From the IMG/VR virus record IMGVR_UViG_3300023174_005819, positions 23,240 through 87,239 of that record: 64,000 bases of DNA. One strand, written 5' to 3'. A program made the translations under genes and the position numbers. Below are positions 59,730 to 64,000 of the stretch, in pieces. The notes beneath the pieces were generated by a model, which worked only from the letters and a program-made list of their open reading frames with translations, had not been told where the DNA came from and did no database searches. The DNA is from a virus. Position 1 is the first letter of the stretch; each line of letters opens with the position of its first letter.

Positions 59730-60239
59730 TTATGAAGCATTATATATTGTTCTAATATAGTATAATGCATCCCTTTCAACTCTATAATCCCCTGGAATTG
59801 TATCATCTCCTGCAACTTGAAGCGGAGAACTAGCATTTACATTATATTTATATACTGAGTCTTTAAGCTCCTTGTATTCTTGTTGTCTAATATTATAGAA
59901 ATTTTTAAGTACTTCATTTTTATTTAATTTTTGTACACTACCAATATCATCTTTAATCGAAACATAATCATTAATAGCTAAACTTCCTGTACTTTTAATT
60001 TTAACATCAAAAAAGTAAATAGAATACATTTTTTTAAATATGTATTTTTCAGTATCTGTAAGATTTGGAGTAATTTCTAAAGTTGTACTATCTATTGAAA
60101 AAGAAGCATTTAATGAATTATTTAAACCACCAATATTTCTTCTTACCCATGCGGCGATAGCTGCTATACTAAAATCATCTGGTTCGCCCATTTCTTCATA
60201 TATCTCTTGGGCAATAGAAGTTACGGTATTTATTATCAT
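59730..60239 (-). CDS. Putative head-tail adaptor
   Basis: Helical 169 aa protein, first gene of the neck block, GTGTAA upstream. Confidence 0.4.
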   Translation of the reverse strand: MIINTVTSIAQEIYEEMGEPDDFSIAAIAAWVRRNIGGLNNSLNASFSIDSTTLEITPNLTDTEKYIFKKMYSIYFFDVKIKSTGSLAINDYVSIKDDIGSVQKLNKNEVLKNFYNIRQQEYKELKDSVYKYNVNASSPLQVAGDDTIPGDYRVERDALYYIRTIYNAS

Positions 60240-60269
60240 ACCCTAAATTACACTTTAAATTATTTAAAT

Positions 60270-61136
60270 TTAAAGTAAATATGATAGGATTTCTTGTTTG
60301 TTAAAGGCTTGGTCTAATTTATAATTACACTGATGAGGTATACCAACGAATTCTTTTTCTAGTATAATTCCATCTATATTATGAGTAAATATACTTGCGC
60401 TATCTTTTGCTATTATGTTTTTATGTATATTGTATCCTAATTTATCTGGAGATGTTCCTATCCAGCATACAATAGAAGGAAGCATTAAGGCTGCGCAAGC
60501 ATGTTGGGCAAATGAATCTATAAATAATCTTTTTTGACTTAACATCAAAAGACCAAAAATTTCGCGCCAATGTGTATTAATTTTTTCAACATGTTCATAG
60601 CTTTGTTGGTCTTGTCTGGCTATATGATAAATATGATATTTATCTTTTAAAGTATTAACTATGTCTTGCACTAAAAACGAAGGAAGATCTCTTGACCAAC
60701 TATATCCAGAACCTTCTCCTCCTCCATTTGTTTGTATAACCAAAATAGGTTTATTCCTATTATATTTTTTAGTAACATCAATGATTTCTGCATCATTTAA
60801 GAACAATCTAGGGTTTTCATTCGTATATTTTAAATTAAACATATTGCACCAAGATTCAATAATGTGTTTGTTTTGAACAGTGTATTCGTTACTTTGATAT
60901 ACTTCATTTCCTAAAAATATAGTATCTTTATCTTTAATAAAATCTTCATAAAAATATTGAGCAGTATTAGATCTATAAACTCTATAAATAAAAGGATTAT
61001 TTAAAAAAACTTCTGGATATGGACAGATTACAATTAACTTTCTATCTGGATAGTTTTTACTTATATTCTCTGCAATAGCTGTTGCAGCAATATGTTTACC
61101 AATTCCACCTTGAAGAAAAAATACTACAGTTTTCAA
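60270..61136 (-). CDS. GT9-like glycosyltransferase (both lobes)
   Basis: GGIGK.IA.T, YPDRK, NNPFI, RDLP, IDSFAQH..AAL. Confidence 0.7.
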   Translation of the reverse strand: MKTVVFFLQGGIGKHIAATAIAENISKNYPDRKLIVICPYPEVFLNNPFIYRVYRSNTAQYFYEDFIKDKDTIFLGNEVYQSNEYTVQNKHIIESWCNMFNLKYTNENPRLFLNDAEIIDVTKKYNRNKPILVIQTNGGGEGSGYSWSRDLPSFLVQDIVNTLKDKYHIYHIARQDQQSYEHVEKINTHWREIFGLLMLSQKRLFIDSFAQHACAALMLPSIVCWIGTSPDKLGYNIHKNIIAKDSASIFTHNIDGIILEKEFVGIPHQCNYKLDQAFNKQEILSYLL

Positions 61137-61183
61137 TATAATATTATATTTTATTTAATGCTTAATATCAAAATTATTTGAAA

Positions 61184-61927
61184 TTATATTATTAATCTTT
61201 TATTTGAATCTTTTGAAGAATGTACATTGTCTATTATATCTGTTTCAGTTTGACAAGAGGCATTTGTTCCATAACAATTTATATCTTCGTATAAAAGGGC
61301 CATATATTCATCAACTGGACCCTGTATAGTAGATTCGTAAAGTTTTTTAGCCATATCTTTTGTTAAAACATACGAATGTAAACATAGAGCATATTTAATT
61401 TTTTGCAAAGGATATTCAAATTTAACATCTTCTACGTATAATGATTGTTCTGCGTATCCAGCAAGCCAACCTAATAAATATACATCAAAATTAATTTCCG
61501 TTTGATTTTCTATATAATCCAATAAGGGTTGTATTCTGCAAGTAAAAGTAATGTCATCTTCTAATATTAAAGAATAATCATAATTCATCGCTTCTTTCCA
61601 TGCTTTTTTATGACTTTTTGCCACGCATACTTCTGGTAACGACATACTTAATAAATCATTTTCTTTGTCATAATTTGTTAATTTTGATAATTCATATTGA
61701 TCTCTATGTGGACAAAAATATTTAGTTTTTATATTTTCTAATAAGTCTGTTTTGTTTATTTTTTCATAATCTATATATTCTTGATTGTTTTCATCTAAAG
61801 AAACAAAATTTTTATAATCTATTGCTGATATTTTTTCAAAAGATGGAATACCATGAAACTCAAGATGTTTTTTCATATATTCAAAACGATCTTGCCTTCT
61901 ATCTAAATTAATAATAAAAGTTTTCAT
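61184..61927 (-). CDS. GT25-like glycosyltransferase
   Basis: IINLDRRQDR, C..SH, LILEDD, PVD. Confidence 0.82.
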   Translation of the reverse strand: MKTFIINLDRRQDRFEYMKKHLEFHGIPSFEKISAIDYKNFVSLDENNQEYIDYEKINKTDLLENIKTKYFCPHRDQYELSKLTNYDKENDLLSMSLPEVCVAKSHKKAWKEAMNYDYSLILEDDITFTCRIQPLLDYIENQTEINFDVYLLGWLAGYAEQSLYVEDVKFEYPLQKIKYALCLHSYVLTKDMAKKLYESTIQGPVDEYMALLYEDINCYGTNASCQTETDIIDNVHSSKDSNKRLII

Positions 61928-61952
61928 ATATTATATTACACCTCTATTATAT

Positions 61953-62537
61953 TTAAAAACCATTGGTAGCAGGATTATAATAATAATATCCTAAACCGTT
62001 GCTGTAATTTGTTGTGCCATTATTAAGTCTAGTTATTGTTGCTGTGGTAAATGATACGCTAATCTCATCTCCTCCTGTTCTTTCTCCAAATTGTATTCTA
62101 ATTGGATAATAAGTGTTAGCAACTAAACTTACTGCGGATGAAGTTATTTCTTGATTGCCATGTAATCCACCATTATTTACTGTGGCATTTGCTACTGTAA
62201 AACTAGATATAGCATTATTTCCAATCCAAAGATAACTTGCGTCATCAGAATTTGTATAAAAAGTATAGTTTTCAGTTGAGCTTGCTTTAAAGTATCCAAG
62301 CCATTGCCAGCTATAATTCTCTTCGCTATTACGATTAGCGCTACTACTAAACCTATTAAATTCTGTTAATTGATTAATATCTCCATGAAGAGTTGCTGTA
62401 GCAAACCAATTTACATCGTCGGTATCTCCTATTAATGATCCAAAATATTGAAGATATCTTTTGCCATATAAACCATTAGTGTAATTTATATTTCTACTAG
62501 ATATTATTCCAGCTTGAACAGATGGTAATATTATCAT
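61953..62537 (-). CDS. PA14-domain (carbohydrate-binding) protein
   Basis: W.GYF, YTFYTNSDDASYLWI, NNGGLH, YYPIRIQFGE..G. Confidence 0.85.
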   Translation of the reverse strand: MIILPSVQAGIISSRNINYTNGLYGKRYLQYFGSLIGDTDDVNWFATATLHGDINQLTEFNRFSSSANRNSEENYSWQWLGYFKASSTENYTFYTNSDDASYLWIGNNAISSFTVANATVNNGGLHGNQEITSSAVSLVANTYYPIRIQFGERTGGDEISVSFTTATITRLNNGTTNYSNGLGYYYYNPATNGF

Positions 62538-64000
62538 GCTGTATTTCCATACATTATATAACCATTATTTCCACTATGTAATAATGAAATTGTTGCATAT
62601 TGCCCTGCAGTTCTAAATTGATTATTATAGCTTTGTATAATTACTCCTGCTGCACCAGTAATTTGTACTTGACCCACTCCAATTTGTATAACTGAAGAAT
62701 TAAAACCAGTAGGATTTCCAAGGCTTATTGTGCCAGTTAACATTGATCCAGAGTTTGCAAGAATAACTCTACTATTATATCCTGCGCCAATTAAAAAATT
62801 AGAATTTACATTTAAAATATTTGGCGTAGCATTGATTAAATTACTATCACAAAAATCAACTCTTCCAGCAAGTGGGGATGGAGATAAAGTTATATTGCTT
62901 CCTGTTAAAAATATTCCACCATTAAAATCTAATGATAATGAACAAGCTCCTCTAGAAAATTTATCTCTTGCTGCACCATCACCAATTACTGTTGCGCCAT
63001 AATGAGTAACAGTATTTTGTCTTCCTCCAAGAATTGAACCTAAACAGTCAGTTATTTTATTAGCGTATCCACCAACAATTGTATTCCAAATAACACTTGA
63101 TGCACCACAAGGATCAGGACTTGCTCCAGTAATAATATTTAAAGCGCCACCACCAATAAATGAAGCGTTAGTAGTTCTACTAGAAAAACCTAGTATGTTA
63201 GAGTTTCCACCTACTATTGAACTACAATTTCCACATATTTTATTATCACATCCACCAAGTATTGAAGAACCACATGAAGAGTCTATTCTATTTTTATCTC
63301 CTGCAATAAAATTAGGCCCTATGCCAACTGCAACAGCACATCCTGAATTACATGTTCCTCCAGCAATTACTGACCATGTAGCGCCATTATAATTAGAAAA
63401 TCCTCCTAGTGTGACATTATTACATCCTCCTCCACAATTACATTGCCCTCCTATAATTGAATTATAATTTCCGATATTTAGAAGATTACAATTTCCTCCA
63501 ATAATAGTTTGACCACAAGTTGTAGCTAGTCCTGGAACAACAGAAATTATACAATTAAAATTTCCTCCAATAATTGCACTATTAGTAGGCCCCGCTGTAA
63601 TAGCATTAGATGCTCCTCCTTCAATTACATTATTTACTGTATATAATGTAGTATTAGCAAAAAAACCATTAGAACAACCAATTAAATTATTTCTACCATT
63701 ATTTATGATACTAAAATGTGCATTTACAATATTCAAACATCCACCATTTATATTACTAAAACAACCACTTATAGTATTATTAAAGCCTCCAATAATTGAT
63801 GAATCATTTCCAGAAATTCTATTTCTTTCTCCACCAACTATAGTTAAATCTGTTCCAGCAAAACTATGACTTCTTCCAAAAATTCCACTTAGTGCAATTA
63901 CAGCTTTATTTGGTGAAAAATATCCAGTAGAATTAATCTCTGCTATTTGATTAGCAGAAGTTGTTCCATCTGTGTGAAATTTTATAATTCTATTAGGGCT
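62534..64000 (-). CDS. Fibre-like protein with S.I.GG..N repeats, 5' end beyond the window
   Basis: The frame stays open from 64000 through the listed TTG at 63736 (SPNRIIKFHTDG...GGCLNIVNAH); many IIGG.CN/GG..N repeats. Confidence 0.75.
   Translation of the reverse strand, partial: SPNRIIKFHTDGTTSANQIAEINSTGYFSPNKAVIALSGIFGRSHSFAGTDLTIVGGERNRISGNDSSIIGGFNNTISGCFSNINGGCLNIVNAHFSIINNGRNNLIGCSNGFFANTTLYTVNNVIEGGASNAITAGPTNSAIIGGNFNCIISVVPGLATTCGQTIIGGNCNLLNIGNYNSIIGGQCNCGGGCNNVTLGGFSNYNGATWSVIAGGTCNSGCAVAVGIGPNFIAGDKNRIDSSCGSSILGGCDNKICGNCSSIVGGNSNILGFSSRTTNASFIGGGALNIITGASPDPCGASSVIWNTIVGGYANKITDCLGSILGGRQNTVTHYGATVIGDGAARDKFSRGACSLSLDFNGGIFLTGSNITLSPSPLAGRVDFCDSNLINATPNILNVNSNFLIGAGYNSRVILANSGSMLTGTISLGNPTGFNSSVIQIGVGQVQITGAAGVIIQSYNNQFRTAGQYATISLLHSGNNGYIMYGNTA

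Noticed and set aside
16520-62484. Further GTGTAA/TTACAC hits near 16522, 45953, 60325 and 62479
   Set aside because: They lie inside coding regions and not in the sense orientation just ahead of a start codon; treated as chance matches.
1-64000. Stop codon reassignment
   Set aside because: Conserved genes are full length and densely packed under the standard code.
63737-64000. Separate gene or frameshift upstream of the fibre ORF
   Set aside because: Manual translation shows the same frame is open to the window edge, so the listed TTG start is internal.

Overview
This is a very AT-rich 64 kb segment of a large tailed bacteriophage (siphovirus-type) using the standard genetic code. From left to right: (1) an unidentified structured non-coding RNA on the minus strand, truncated at the window edge, transcribed divergently from a complete tmRNA that is followed by an HNH-like endonuclease; (2) two orphan genes; (3) a ~20 kb glycan island with about 14 glycosyltransferase-like genes from many families, 2 methyltransferases, RmlB, Gmd, an epimerase/reductase and a kinase-aldolase-phosphatase-nucleotidyltransferase block; (4) a replication module (RecA-like, DnaB, ThyX, primase, PD-(D/E)XK nuclease, a PHP / DnaQ / DnaE split Pol III, SSB- and SSAP-like proteins); (5) a lambda-like tail tip module (M-L-K-I-J) on the plus strand converging on a minus-strand neck/tail block with a 2265 aa tape measure protein; (6) more glycosyltransferases, a PA14 protein and a repeat fibre running off the window. 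Best leads: the tape measure protein looks like a modular polyprotein with a nuclease-like cassette bracketed by G(F/L)IPNF repeats; a possible virion glycosylation system; the unknown ncRNA; and two promoter classes (sigma70 promoters abutting start codons, and a GTGTAA motif before structural genes). All product calls come from recognising motifs by eye, with no database searches.
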